Positions 37,175-50,160 of a stretch of DNA of 64,000 nt are shown piece after piece. The notes beneath the pieces were generated by a model. The model was not told the origin of the DNA and did not search any database. It saw nothing but the letters and a program-made list of their open reading frames with translations. The DNA is from Octopus sinensis (taxonomy: Eukaryota), in assembly GCF_006345805.1 (NCBI RefSeq), contig NC_043008.1:52886001-52950000 (forward strand), given 5' to 3'. The stretch's first letter is position 1, and each line of letters begins with the position of its first letter. The translations under genes and the position numbers were made by a program.

Positions 37175-37496
37175 TGCAACATATCTCTCTTTATTCACCC
37201 TTTTTCTTTATATTTCACATCTCACTTTTCCATTCTTTCTCTCTTGATTTTCCTTTCACATCCCCTTTCTCTCTCTTCTTCTTTATAACTTTATCTCTTC
37301 ATCTCATTCTCCCTCTTCCCATCTTCATCCTCCTTTATTTCCTTTCCTTTCTCTTGCGAATACCATAAAAAGTTTCATCCTTTCGGGGGTTGATGAAATA
37401 AGTACCTGTCAAGCACTGGATTCCATGTATTCAACTGACCCTTCCCCAAAATTTCAGGCCTTGCACTTATAGTAGAAAAGATTATAATAATGATTA

Positions 37497-37889
37497 CTCT
37501 CTTTACTTGTTTCAGTCATTTGGCTGCGGCCATGCTGGAGCACCGCCTTTAGTCGAGCAAATCGACCCTGGGACTTATTCTTTGTTAGCCCAGTACTTAC
37601 TCTATCGGTCTCTTTTGCCGAATCGCCAAGTGACGGGGACGTAAACACACCAGCATCGGTTGTCAAGCAATGCTAGGGGGACAAACACAAACACACACAC
37701 ACATATATATATATATATACATATATACGACAGGCTTCTTTCGGTTTCCGTCTACTAAATCCACTCACAAGGCATTGGTCGACCCGGGGCTATAGCAGAA
37801 GACACTTGCCCAAGATGTCACGCAGTGGGACTGAACCCGGAACCATGTGGTTGATTACCAAGCTACTTACCACACAGCCACTCCTGCGT
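37497..37889 (-). mobile_element. Full-length SINE family B
   Basis: Reverse complement of the family B consensus. Confidence 0.9.
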
Positions 37890-38844
37890 TTATCTATTTT
37901 TATTTTATTCTATTGCTCATTTATGAGAAAATCTCATAGCTTGCACAGTTAACATGTTAGATTTGGACAGAAGAGCCGGGAAAGGCTTCCGCCCATTCCC
38001 CACCCAATATCTTCTTTATCAACTGAGTTTCTAGCCTGGTTTTGATATCTTATTCTTCATGTATGCATTTATTGTTAAGCCCCAGGTCAATTGTCATTGA
38101 GCATACCTATGATCAAAGATGAGCACCATTCAAGCGTGATCGTTACCAACGTCGCTTCACTGGCACCTGTGCCGGTGGCATGTGTAAAAAGATTTGAGCA
38201 AGGTCATTGCCAGTACCGCCTGACTGGCCCCCCGTGCAGGTGGCACATAAAAAGCACCCACTACACTCTTGGAGTGGTTGGCATTAAGAAGGGCAGCCAG
38301 CTGTAGAAACTCTGCCAGATCAAGACTGGAGCCTGGTGCAGCCATCTGGTTTGCCAGCCCTCAGTCAAAATCGTCCAGCCCATGCTAGCATGGAAAACGG
38401 ACGTTAAATGATGATGATGATGATGATTTCAACTGTAGCCATCTCATATTTTTCAGTATTTGCACATAAATTACATAATGTGTCTTTTTCTTACTTGTGA
38501 CAATAAGATATAGTTTGAAGAGAATTAAGCTACTATTTCTAGCAGCTAGTGGCTTATTCGGTTTGTCACAGCTGCAATTTTCAATCATTGCCTCTAGTTT
38601 GGAGAGAGAGAATGAGAGAGAGAGAGAGAGGGGCAGGGTGGCCCTTATCCCAGCTGTTCATGTTCCATGGTGGTCTAAGAACCTATTGAAAGTTACAAAT
38701 GTTTTCCTTCTTTTACTCTTGCTTTCTTCCCCTCATATCTTATTCCTTCTCGTCTTCTTCTTATCATTCTTTTCTCTGCTCTTCTTGGGCATTGCTGAGA
38801 TGCAAGACGTGCAGAAGCAGAGCCTCTGAGAAAAATTCTCCAAA

Positions 38845-39015
38845 GGCGCAGGAGTGGCTGTGTGGTAAGTAGCTTGTTTACCAATCACATGGTTCCGGGT
38901 TCAGTCCCACTGCGTGGCACCTTGGGCAAGTGTCTTCTACTATAGCCTCAGGCCGACTAAAGCCTTGTGAGTGGATTTAGTAGACAGAAACTGAAAGAAG
39001 CTCGTCGTATATATG

Positions 39016-39050
<35 letters not shown>

Positions 39051-39260
39051 TTGTGCGTCTGTGTTTGTCCCCCCACCCACCCAACATCGCTTTACAACCG
39101 ATGCTGGTGTATTTACATCCCCGTAACTTAGCGGTTCAGCAAAAGAGGCTGATAGAATAAGTACTAGGCTTACAAAGAATAAGTCCTGGCATCAATTTAC
39201 TTGACTAAAGGCAGTGCTCCAGCATGGTCACAGTCAAATGACTGAAACAAGTAAAAGAGA
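38845..39260 (+). mobile_element. Full-length SINE family B
   Basis: GGCGCAGGAGTGGCTGTGTGG head through GAAACAAGTAAAAGAG tail. Confidence 0.9.
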
Positions 39261-39930
39261 AAAAAGTGAAACAAGATGGCCTTTTGGGATCCAGAGAGCA
39301 GGATTCCTCCCAAAATTTAGAGCTATTTTTTATTTTTCACTCGACCAAGTCATTGGACTGCAGCCATACTGGGGCACCACCTTGCAGGGATGAGTTGAAC
39401 AAATTTATTCCAGTACTTACTTTTTCAGTTTGGCACTTATTATATATCAGTCTTTTTTGCTGGACCACTGCACTACAGGGAGGTAAACAAACCAACATCA
39501 GTTACCAAGTTGCGGCAGGGGTCACATTAGTACTGGTGCCATGTAAAAAGCTCCCTGTCCACTCTGTAAAGTGGTTGGCATTAAGAAGGGCATCCAGCTG
39601 TGGAAAACAGACAGTAGAGTTTCATGCAGTCCTTTGGCTTGTCACTGCCTGCCAGACCATCCAACTCATGCCAGCATGGAGGATGGGTGTTGAATGAAGA
39701 TGATGATGATGATGATATATATGTGTGTGTGTGTATATATATATGTGTGAGTGTGTGTGTATATATATATATATATATAACATTTAAATAATTTAATTAA
39801 TATCAATTTAAAACCAGTAGCCTAGCATATAAAAAATCTGAAAAATCAGAAAAATCAGAGAAAATTTCAATACATGTGTATATTTAGGGCTAAAAACCAC
39901 TAGGTGGATAGCCATATGCTAAAAGAAGAT

Positions 39931-39985
<55 letters not shown>

Positions 39986-39993
39986 TATATATA

Positions 39994-40024
<31 letters not shown>

Positions 40025-40064
40025 CATACATATATATATATATATATACACACATATATATATA

Positions 40065-40367
40065 TGAAATGATGCTCTACCTACCAAATTCACTGGACAT
40101 TGCCCCTTCTGATTATCATTTACTTCGCAGTCTTCAAAATCATTTGGATGGAAAAAATATGAATTCTGTAGATGAAGTCAGAAGGAGTATTTTTCATCAC
40201 AGACAAGTGAATTTTGGAAGAGAGACCTTGCAAGTCTATCAGATAGATGGAAGAGCATTGTAGAAAATGAAGGAGAGTATATTTTAGATTAAAAAGGAAC
40301 TTTGTTTATCTTAAGTTTGAAAAATAAAAGTATAAAATGACTGCATTATTTATGGTATATCCCAATA
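40065..40367 (+). mobile_element. mariner 3' fragment with right TIR
   Basis: Encodes YLPNSLDIAPSDYHLLRSLQNHLDGKNMNSVDEVR and ends in TGCATTATTTATGGTATATCCCAA|T, matching the TIR at 23588. Confidence 0.85.
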
Positions 40368-40774
40368 TTATTGAACAAAAGACCTGTGGTATTTGGTTAT
40401 ACTTAACAGCCTTTTATTGTGCCATGTCTCCAAATAAGCAGTAGATGCCATTTGTTTTTTTTTACCTCCATCATATTCTGATTAAACCCCTTTATATCCA
40501 TGTCAACTTTCTCTTTTCTCATTCTGTTATGATTTCGTTCATACCAGTGATACTTTATAGAAATATTAAATTGATACCAGTACTTGACTGGGACTTTATT
40601 TTTATTGATCTTGGAAGGATGAATGACAAAGGTGACCACAGTAGAATTTGAACTCAGTACGTAAAGGGCTGTCATTAAATAACAGAAGAGGCCTTTTTTT
40701 TCTGATGTTCTAATAATTCTGTCACACCAATAAAATGAAATAAATAAATATAAACAACCAATAAGTAACAAAGA

Positions 40775-41185
40775 GGGTGGCTGTGTGGTAAGTAGCTTGC
40801 TAACCAACCACATGGTTCCAGGTTCAGTCCCACTGAGTGGCACCTTGGGCAAGTGTCTTCTGCAATAGCCTTGGGCCGACCAATGCCATGTGAGTGGATT
40901 TGGTAGACGGAAACTGAAAGAAGCCTGTCGTATATATGTATGTATATATATATATATATGTATGTGTGTGTATATGTTTGTGTGTCTGTGTTTGTCCCCT
41001 TAGCATTGCTTGACAACCGATGCTGGTGTGTTTACGTCCCCGTCACTTAGCAGTTCGGCAAAAGAGACCAATAGAATAAGTACTGGGCTTACAAAGAATA
41101 AGTCCCGGGGTCGATTTGCTTGACTAAAGGCGGTGCTCCAGCATGGCTGAAGTCAAATGACTGAAACAAGTAAAAGAGTAAAAGA
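40775..41185 (+). mobile_element. SINE family B
   Basis: Family B core and tail; head slightly truncated. Confidence 0.88.
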
Positions 41186-42222
41186 GTAAAGAGAGAGTAT
41201 CTAAAAATGTTTATTAGTTTGCCTCTTGGTCCCAGCAGACAAAATGGAAAAGGTGCTATACTGGAGGATGGCAAAGGATATGCACTGGGAAGGCAACTCT
41301 AACATACAGGGTTTGCACTTGTAGATAACCATCTCAGCCAGGATAGTAGTGAGCAGAGATGTGGTCCAGGGGTCGAGGATGCCAGAAGTCTCCACTGCCA
41401 CAGGCTCAATCACAAACCTGTCAGAGAGTGACCAATACTTTGACAGTTTTCCCTTCTCAACCTGACAAGCAGCAAAGCCTGGGCTGGCAGTTGAACATAC
41501 TAAGTTGCTGCTGTGAAGGTGTCACAGCATGTGGCAATAAAATAAAAACAATAACAAACAACTATTATCAATATATTCCACAAACATCACTTGAAGGTGG
41601 TGTCCCAGCATAACCACTGTCTAATGACTGAAACCAGGAAAATAAAAGAATAATAATAATAAAAAAATTATCTATTTATTGATTTATATCAGTGTATTTA
41701 TGCATATATGTCATTTTCAGTTTCTGTTATGACATGTCACACCTTGTTCTTTTTAGCTTTCTTTTGATGTTTATCTGTTTGTTTTCATTTCTTTTTCCCT
41801 CCTGTTCATGTTCAACTAAAAAAAAAAAACACTTTAAAATTTATTCTTCACATGCTCCAATGACTTTTCACTGAAATATATTCTCATTTGTTTTCTTATA
41901 TTTTAAAGCTTCTCCTTTGTTGTTTTTCTTTATGCTAATTAAGGAGAGTGCCACCTGTACATGGTTTGGCCTTTTGCATCAAAACAACTTGTAACCTCAT
42001 CAAGACTGCTTGTTACTGGTTTTTTACTTACTTAATACATTGGCTCCCACACATTCTGCTGGTGGGTCATGGTGGTATGTTAGCAAGTCCTGCCCAACCC
42101 ATCAGCAGGTCATGTTTTAATTTCTTTCCTCTGGGCTTTCTGAGAGAAGGTATGCTCCAATTGCTTTGATTTGTGTTTTTGGTACACTAAGAGAACAATT
42201 TTTTATAGATTTTTTCAAGTAA

Positions 42223-42385
42223 GGCATAGGAGTGGCTGTGTGGTAAGTAGCTTGCTTACCAACCACATGGTTCCGGGTTCAGTCCCACTGTGTGACGCCT
42301 TGGACAAGTGTCTTCTACTATAGTCTCAGGCCTACCAAAGCCTTGTGGGTGGATTTGGTAGATGGAAACTGAAAGAAGCCCATCA

Positions 42386-42430
<45 letters not shown>

Positions 42431-42660
42431 GTATGTGTGTGTGTGGGTGTATATGTTTGTGTGTCTGTGTTTGTTCCCCCAACATCGTTTGACAAATGAT
42501 GTTGGTATGTTTACGCTCCCGTAACTTAGTGGTTCGGCAAAAGAGACCGATAGAATAAATATTAGGCTTACAAAGAATAAATCCTGGGGTCGATTTGCTC
42601 GACTAAATGTGGTGCTCCAGCATGGCCACAGTCAAAATGACAGAAACAAGTAAAAGAGTA
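42223..42660 (+). mobile_element. SINE family B
   Basis: Family B head, core and tail. Confidence 0.88.
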
Positions 42661-43324
42661 ATTTTTTTCATTTTGCTTCTGATTTCACCATGTAATGCTT
42701 GAGTATTGAGTAAATTTTATTTGCCATTGAAACAAAAATGGCTAGTTCTTTTTGAAAACATTGGTAGATTTTCCAGTAGAGACAGAAGGAAATGAAAAAT
42801 ATTTTACTTGCCATAGAAACCAAAATAGTTCTTTTTGAAAAGATTTCAAGATCTTCCAATAGAAAATACCCAAAAATTTTAATTGACCAATATTCCTAAT
42901 GTCACTTGCTGAAGCACTCAAGAAGGCAAATACCAATTTACAATACCAATTTACTTTTTTGGGTTTTTTTTTTATCTGCTTCCTTTACACTCATTGTTTC
43001 TCTCATTTAGCTACACATCTTTTACAAACTATTCTGTTCGATTTGTCCCTTTCGCTACATCTTTTCCAGTTATGGTGGGTACTAGTGCATGCAGCTCTTG
43101 GTGTTTGTTATGGGGATAATAGTAATAATGGTACACCCCTTCTACATGATGAGTGGTATGTGAAAGTCATTATAAATACTATCAGTCAGTGTCAGTATAG
43201 GAGAGAGTACGAAGTACTTGGTCATAGATAGTAGTGGTCTTACTTGTCTACCTAACTAAAATACTATACTGGAGTGGGCATGATAACAGTCCAACAGAGG
43301 ATTACAACAGTGGTGAGAAGGAAT

Positions 43325-43735
43325 TTTTAAAAAATGAGAGAATGTGGCTTCAAGTTAAAGGAAGAAAAATGCGAGATTTTTTCTGAAAAAAAATTAAATC
43401 TTTGGGTCAAACAATAGATAAAAACGGATGGAAATTGGATCCATCCAGAGCAATTGCAATAAAAATATGCCCATGTCAAACAATGTGACTATGCTACAAG
43501 CATTTTTGGGTTTAGTAAATTAGTATCAAATTTACATTCCCAATATACATAATGCAAGGGCCCCGCTAAATGATTTGTTAAATAAAAATACAAAATGGTG
43601 CTGGACTGATAAGTGCCAGAAGACATTTGGCAAATTAAAAATATTTTAACATTGAACTTATCATTAACACATTTTGATCCAAAGTTAGATATTATACTGG
43701 ATACAGATGCAAGTGATTACAGTGTATATATTTTT
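43325..43735 (+). pseudogene. Ty3/Gypsy LTR-retrotransposon pol fragment (RT C-terminus to start of RNase H)
   Basis: Across frameshifts reads GFKLKEEKCEIF..KIKSLGQTIDKNG..LQAFLGL..APLNDLLNKNTKWCWTDKCQKTF..LTHFDPKLDIILDTDASDY. Not in the ORF track. Confidence 0.8.
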
Positions 43736-43889
43736 ACACTATATATATAGTATAGTGTAAAAATATTATGCTGCTCATGTCAAGAATAATTAAGATATCA
43801 TATTGGGACCCTGGGATAAAATGTAAAATGAGGCTCAGGAACCCTATTAAGCCCTTCACTCCCTATTGAGAATACGCCATTGACAGCTT

Positions 43890-44345
43890 TCCTCTTTTAC
43901 TGTTGATTTTGGGCAACCTTTTTTGCTTCTCCCCAGATGGATCCTTGCTTTTTCAGCTCTACTTCATTATCCTGCTTCCAGCTATTTTTAGGGTATCCTC
44001 TTTTCTGCCTCCTGGTAAGTTCCGGGTCAGGGCTTGACACAAAATGCAGGATATCGGTTTCCTTTTGCATTTTATTTACACTGTATTATATTTTTCCCTG
44101 AGTAATGGCCTTCCTCTTCCAGATTTGAATTGTCATCGATGCTTCTGTGACTTTTTCTAGATATGGCTGTTGGTCCTCCACAAACCCATTTTTACCTCTA
44201 GGAAGAGGTGATCTATATTAGTCTGACCTCTGTCCTTTGACCTGTCCAGCATAAGAAACACTACTAGGAGCTTGTGCTTCCACTGGTATAATTCTCAGGG
44301 TCATTGAGGCATACAAGCCACTACCTTACAAGCTATCTAGAATGG
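43890..44345 (-). mobile_element. Short non-autonomous RTE-related element (leader plus tail)
   Basis: Shares leader (plus strand CCAGCAT...AGGAGCTTG...ACTGGTATA..CTCA.GGTCA.TGA..CATACAAGCC) and body with 55165-55600. Confidence 0.55.
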
Positions 44346-45029
44346 AAGAGATATTGATGCCACAAAGCTTCCACTGGCTTGAGCATGTCTACAGACTGGG
44401 GGAAAAACTTCGGTTGTTAAAACAGATACTCTCCTCCTAGTTGCCTTGCAGTACAAGAAACAAATCAGGGTAGACTCCCAAGTAAGATAAAAAGATGTTG
44501 CTAAACATAACATGAACAAACTTTACTTTGATACTTACAGCTGGGCCACAACAATGAAGGACAAAGCAGTTCACTTCTGATATTATCCCTGGTGTTTTAG
44601 ATGGTCACTAATCATTGATTATTGATGAACAGGCCATGATGATGAATTAGAAAGGAAATTTTTTGACACCCGGGTCTCAGGAAGCCCCAGCTGTTTTAAG
44701 GTGGTTCCTTGTCCCAGTATAGAGACAATCAACTTATCGATTATGGTTTTTAATGCCAAGCAAATGATATATAACCACTACAAGAGAATTTAATTCCTAA
44801 ACAATCAATAAACAGTTTTTAAATATTTATCAGTGAGAATAATAAATTTCTTTCTGTAACAGATGTCAGAGGAAAATAAAATAAGTAAATATAACAATGC
44901 AAACAAACAAAATCAACAGAAGCAACACTCTGTCGAATGAAATATAATAAACAAACAGGAAGATCATTGAACTCCTTAAGTGTACTTAGTAGAGTATTCT
45001 CAAACTGTGTGTTTACCTTACACAAAAGC

Positions 45030-45195
45030 AATGAGTGATTACTTAACTCACTAGGAAGAAAATCAAAGTGAATACTTACTACATTTACCCATGTAAAATA
45101 AATCAAATTGAATACGTTATTCTACTCACCAGAATTAATTCAAAGTGAACACTGACTCTTCTCACCCAGGTAAAATCAAAGTGAGTATTAACAAT
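45030..45195. repeat. Diverged ~38 bp minisatellite
   Basis: AATCAAAGTGAATAC-like motif at ~45061, 45101, 45137 and 45175. Confidence 0.65.
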
Positions 45196-45196
45196 A

Positions 45197-45359
45197 GGTG
45201 TAGGAGTGGCTGTGTGGTAAGTAGCTTGCTTACGAACCATATGGTTCCGGGTTAAGTCCCACTGTGTGGCACCTTGGGCAAGTGTTTTCTACTATAGCCT
45301 CGGGCTGACCAAAGCATTGTGAGTGGATTTGGTGGACGGAAACTGAAAGAAGTTCGTTG

Positions 45360-45438
<79 letters not shown>

Positions 45439-45632
45439 CTGTGTTTGTCCCCTCAACATCGCATGACAACCGATGCTGGTGTGTTTACGTCCCCGTAACT
45501 TAGCGCTTCAGCAAAAGAGATCAATAGAATAAGTACTAGGCTTACAAAGAATAAGTTCTGGGGTCGATTTGCTCGACTAAAGGCGGTGCTCCAGTATGGC
45601 CACAGTCAAATGACTGAAACAAGTAAAAGAGT
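45197..45632 (+). mobile_element. SINE family B with an expanded internal (TA)n
   Basis: Family B head, core and tail. Confidence 0.88.
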
Positions 45633-45915
45633 AACTCAACTGACGAAGAAAAAAGGAAAAAGAAGGAACTAAAAAGAAGGGCAAGCAGCTGACAAATAGA
45701 CAACATTGTACATGTGCATATATGTATGAGTGCATTGTGCTAATGTAAGTATATATGTGCATGTTCCCAGCAGTGCGTTGTGTGTCCTTGAGCAAGACAC
45801 TTTATTTCATGTTGTTCCAGTACACTCAGCTGGCAATAATGAGTAGTACCTGTATTTCTGTGCAATGCTGAATCTTTCTGAGAACTATGTTAAGGGTGTG
45901 CGTGTCAGTGGAGTG

Positions 45916-46150
45916 AAGGCAGCGAGCTGGCAGAAACGTTAGCACGCCGGACGAAATGCTTAGCAGTATTTCGTCTGCTGCTATGTTCTGAGTTCAAATT
46001 CCGCCGAGGTCGACTTTGCCTTTCATCCTTCCGGGGTCGATAAATTAAGTACCAGTTGCACACTGGGGCCGATGTAATCGACTTAATCCGTTTGTCTGTC
46101 CTTGTTTGTCCCCTCTGTGTTTAGCCCCTTGTGGGTAGTAAAGAAAAAGG
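45916..46150 (+). mobile_element. Full-length SINE family A monomer inserted into a family C-like SINE
   Basis: 19 bp TSD TGTGCGTGTCAGTGGAGTG / TATGTGTGTCAATGGAGTG (16/19); the flanks join up as family C tail sequence. Confidence 0.85.
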
Positions 46151-48846
46151 TATGTGTGTCAATGGAGTGCTCAGCCACTTGTATGTTAATTTCACATGCA
46201 GGCTTTTCCTTTGATTGGATCATTTGGAACACTTGTCATTGCAAAACCAAATGAGGGCCAGTTATATGCATTTTGGGGTGTATATAAAGTGTCTCTTACT
46301 TTTTCTCTTTTTTGATATCTCTGCAATAAAGAAATGGTCTGCCTTTCTATCAATAAAATAAAATTTCTGTCATTGTAATTTAGAAAATAGCAACAGGCAT
46401 AGGAGTGGCTGTGTGGTAAGTAGCTTGCTTACAAACCACATGGTCCTGGGTTCAGTCCCACTACATGGCACCTTGGGCAAGTGCCTTCTATAATAGCCTC
46501 GTACATAACTGGTGTGTTTACATCCATAGACTGGAGAAAATCAACACTGCTTGTATGACAGTGATGCTTGTTTACAGCCATCACGTGATGTCAAACACAC
46601 ATACATACTCCTTATCCTTTTAACACCTGGCATAAAGCCACTCCCACTCTCAAATATCCTTCCTCCCACACTTATTTGAGGGGCTTTTCTTTTTCCCTTT
46701 TCTTGCTTTTTTCCTTCTTTAAAGTGCTAGTAGCTTAAGAAAAAAAAGCATCCAGTACACATTGTAAAGTGGTTGGTTTTAGGAAAGGCATCCAGCTGTA
46801 GAAACCATGCCAAAGCTGACATTGGGGCTTGATACAGCCTTGTAGCTCATTGGATCCCATGAAATTGCCCATCTCATGCCTGCATGGAAAATGAACATTA
46901 AATGATGATGATGATGATGACATAGCTATATATGACAGGCTTCTTTTAGTTTCAGTCTACCAATCCACTCACAAGGCTGTGGTTGCCCTAGAGGTATAGC
47001 AGAAGACACTTGCTCAAGGTACAGCACAGTAGGGCTGAACCTGAAACCACATGGTTGGGAAGTAAGGTCCTCAGCCTCACACACTCAGAGAGATTTGGCT
47101 GCTATTTCTAGCCGGTCAAGTGACTGCATAAAGACTTTCACTTTATTGACTTACTGACATGCTATTCAGTAATGTTACTGATATCATATATCAATCCAAA
47201 CCAGTCGCAATCATTACATTTTCCTTCAAATGTTGGCTTCAGCTTTTTTTTTTCCTCCCTCCCCACCTCTTTTCCAATTTTTTATGCTGTTATATTGATC
47301 ACAAATCTTCTATATTTAGATTCTGGAATTTTCTAAGACTTCCTGTTTGAAACCTGTCAAATACAGATCTTTGGATTTCTATTTTAAAACCTGTTAAAAA
47401 AAAAAAATGTCGGACATATTTCATTTTTCGTTTTTGATTTTTTTTTTACATGTGCTTCTTTAAAGTAATTTTTTTTATTTATGCTTACAAGAGCAAAAAA
47501 AAAAAAAATGAAGAAATATCCAGATTTTAAATTTGACTTCTTACATAGACACAAATCTTGAAAGAATAAGGAAAATGAGATTGTGTAACATCCAGATTTA
47601 ATTGTTGGAAGCTCACTTATATTCTACAGGATGTTAGTCTCCTGAAGTTAGCTTTAGTCTAACTGTAGCTGCCAGGTCTTAGAACGCCAGAGAGAAATAG
47701 GTTGTTTATGAATGTGACTCATCTTCCCAGTAACTTACTCCTGCTCTAAGGTAACATCAAAATATTGATTTCAAATTTTGGCACAATGCCTGCAGTTTCA
47801 GTGGGATGTAGTAATTCAATTATATTTACCCCAGTGTTCAACTGGTATGTATTGTATTGACCCCAAAAGGACGAAAGGCAAAGTTGATCTTGGCAGAATT
47901 TGAGCTCAAAATGTAAGGATGGATGAAATGACACTAAGTATTTTGCCCGGTGTGCTAGCAATTCTGCTGGCTCACTGCCTCAGTAACATTATAATATTGG
48001 TTTCAAGCCAATGTAGGGGTCTTTGTATGGTTGATCAATCTGCAAGAGATAGCAGCCAAACACCCTTCAAATCACACACTTTGACACAAGCATGGGCAGC
48101 CTTTTTTTTTTGAGAAGAGAACTGCATGACTCATCATCAGACAAGCCACACTACTGAAAAATGTCCATGGTAGTTTTTTTATTAGGTATGCCTTTCAGGA
48201 AGTCCAACCAGCTGCATTTTGTTCTTAACTGCTCTAACATCTTAAAGAAAAGGAAGGATACATTAGATAATGCATTCCTAGAAATGCAAAAATAATAATG
48301 ATAATAATAATAATTTATCTTAGGAGTACTGAATCAGGTTTAACTTGGGGTTAAAAGCCAACAACATACTCAGTTCTTTTTTGCTTTTGTTTAGGCAAAA
48401 AACATTTTTGGAGGGAGCTGAAGAAAAATTGCTTACTGGGGGTTGAAACAGAATTATTATGCTCATGGCTGTGTGAGGGGCAGGTGTGGCTGTGTGATTA
48501 AAGAGTTTACTTCCCAATCACATAGTTTTGAGTTCAGTCCCACTATGTGGAACCTTGAGCAAGTATTTATGTATGTGTGTGTGAGGGAACTGGAGGATAG
48601 GGCTCTCATCCAAATACTCATAACGGAATGAAGACATTCAAGGATCAAGTGATAGTATTACTGTCAACTCCCTTCTAGTGCTAATCCACAATCATGAACC
48701 TAAAATATTACTTTTTAGGGAATATTTTAGAGAAGATTTGGTGACTGTAAAATACTGATAACTTGGGTGTCTTCTAATATAGCCCTAGGTTGACCAAAGC
48801 CTTGATTTGGTTGACAGGAACTTAAAGAAGCTTGTCACACACACAC

Positions 48847-49601
48847 ATCATTCACACACAGTAGTGTGAATAATATTCTTAAGGTCAACATTTACTCACT
48901 CATTTCTAGGCTTTGTCCCTAACTCAATTTTTAACCAAATTAGATATTGTTTACGTTTTTAGATTGGTAATACCCTTAAGCTACATTTTAAGCTACAAAA
49001 CTTGAAAATTGCTTTGGTAGAAAAAAGTTTCAGTAAAAGATGAGGTCAAAATCAGGAGAGTAATGCCTGAAATCAACTTTGAGTCCAAATATGTTTTTAA
49101 AGATAAATCTATCTTTTATTTTAGCTTTTATGATAGATCTCAGTGAGAGGAATCTATCCATATTACTTATATGCAAAAATATTCAGTAGAAAAAAAAAGT
49201 ACTGAGCTAAAAACTGCCAAAGAAAAAAAAAAGAGATTAACACCTGAAATCGAATTTGACTCTGAATATTATTCTTATTTCAAAGGAAAACTATATTTAA
49301 ATTCAACTTTTCTGATAGATCTCTGCTAGAGAAATCTGATGATGCCAATTATGTAAAAAAAAATTTTTTAATAAAAATCTACTGGAGCCAAATGTGCTGA
49401 AAAAAGTGGTAATGCCTAAAATCAAATTCAAAACCTAAAAATTTTTTTCTTACCTCATATTTTAGAACTCATGAAGATGAGTGTTGTGGTGCTAATCTTT
49501 TCAAAAAATATCATTCACACACTACTGTGTGTGAATGATATTCTTAAGCTCAGCATTTACTCACCCATGACCCACTTCTAGGCTTTGTCAATAACTCAGT
49601 T
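48847..49601. repeat. Unclassified element: ~90 bp hairpin-bearing direct repeats flanking ~2.3 diverged ~175 bp tandem units
   Basis: Direct repeats at 48847-48929 and 49510-49601; internal anchors TAA(T/C)(G/A)CCT(G/A)AAATC at 49061, 49238 and 49410. Confidence 0.7.
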
Positions 49602-49639
49602 ATATATATATATATATTTATAACTCAGAAAGTAAAAAG

Positions 49640-50160
49640 GTCAATAAATACTTGCCATTACATCTTTAATCAACCAAATATGAACCATTTTGTTGCACAA
49701 TGTGTGTCCATCTTTCCTTTAACTTGAAAATACTCTCTTCCCAGAATTGAGGCGGTTTCATGGCAAAGAATTCATCAAGATATCTTTTTACGTCATCCAA
49801 GGAATTGAAATTTTTACCATTAAGACTATTCTGCAGAGACCTGAATAGGTGGAAATCCGAAGGAGCAATATCTGGTGAATATGGTGGGTGGGGTATCACA
49901 TCCCAGCTGAGCTGCAGCAATTTTTGTCTGGTTCTCAAAGAAACATGTGGCCTTGCATTATCATGTTGGAAAACAACACCCTTGCTGTTGGCAAATTATG
50001 GACTTTTCTCTTGAATTGCTGCTTTTAACTCATCCAGTTGTGTGCAGTATTTCTCAGAATTAATTGTCTGGTTACTTGGGATAAGCTCACAGTACAGAAT
50101 TCCTTTCCAATCCCACCAGACACAAAGCAACACTTTTTTAGGGTGAAGACCTGCTTTTGG
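49640..50160 (-). pseudogene. mariner transposase C-terminal half
   Basis: PKAGLHPKKVLLCVWWDWKGILYCELI and VIPHPPYSPDIAPSDFHLFRSLQNSLNGKNF motifs. Confidence 0.92.

Noticed and set aside
47290-47556. 12 nt micro-exon (47545-47556) and a possible terminal exon (FKIEIQRSVFDRFQTGSLRKFQNLNIEDL*) on the minus strand
   Set aside because: Phases do not chain cleanly with the other candidates without extra assumptions; no homology recognised.
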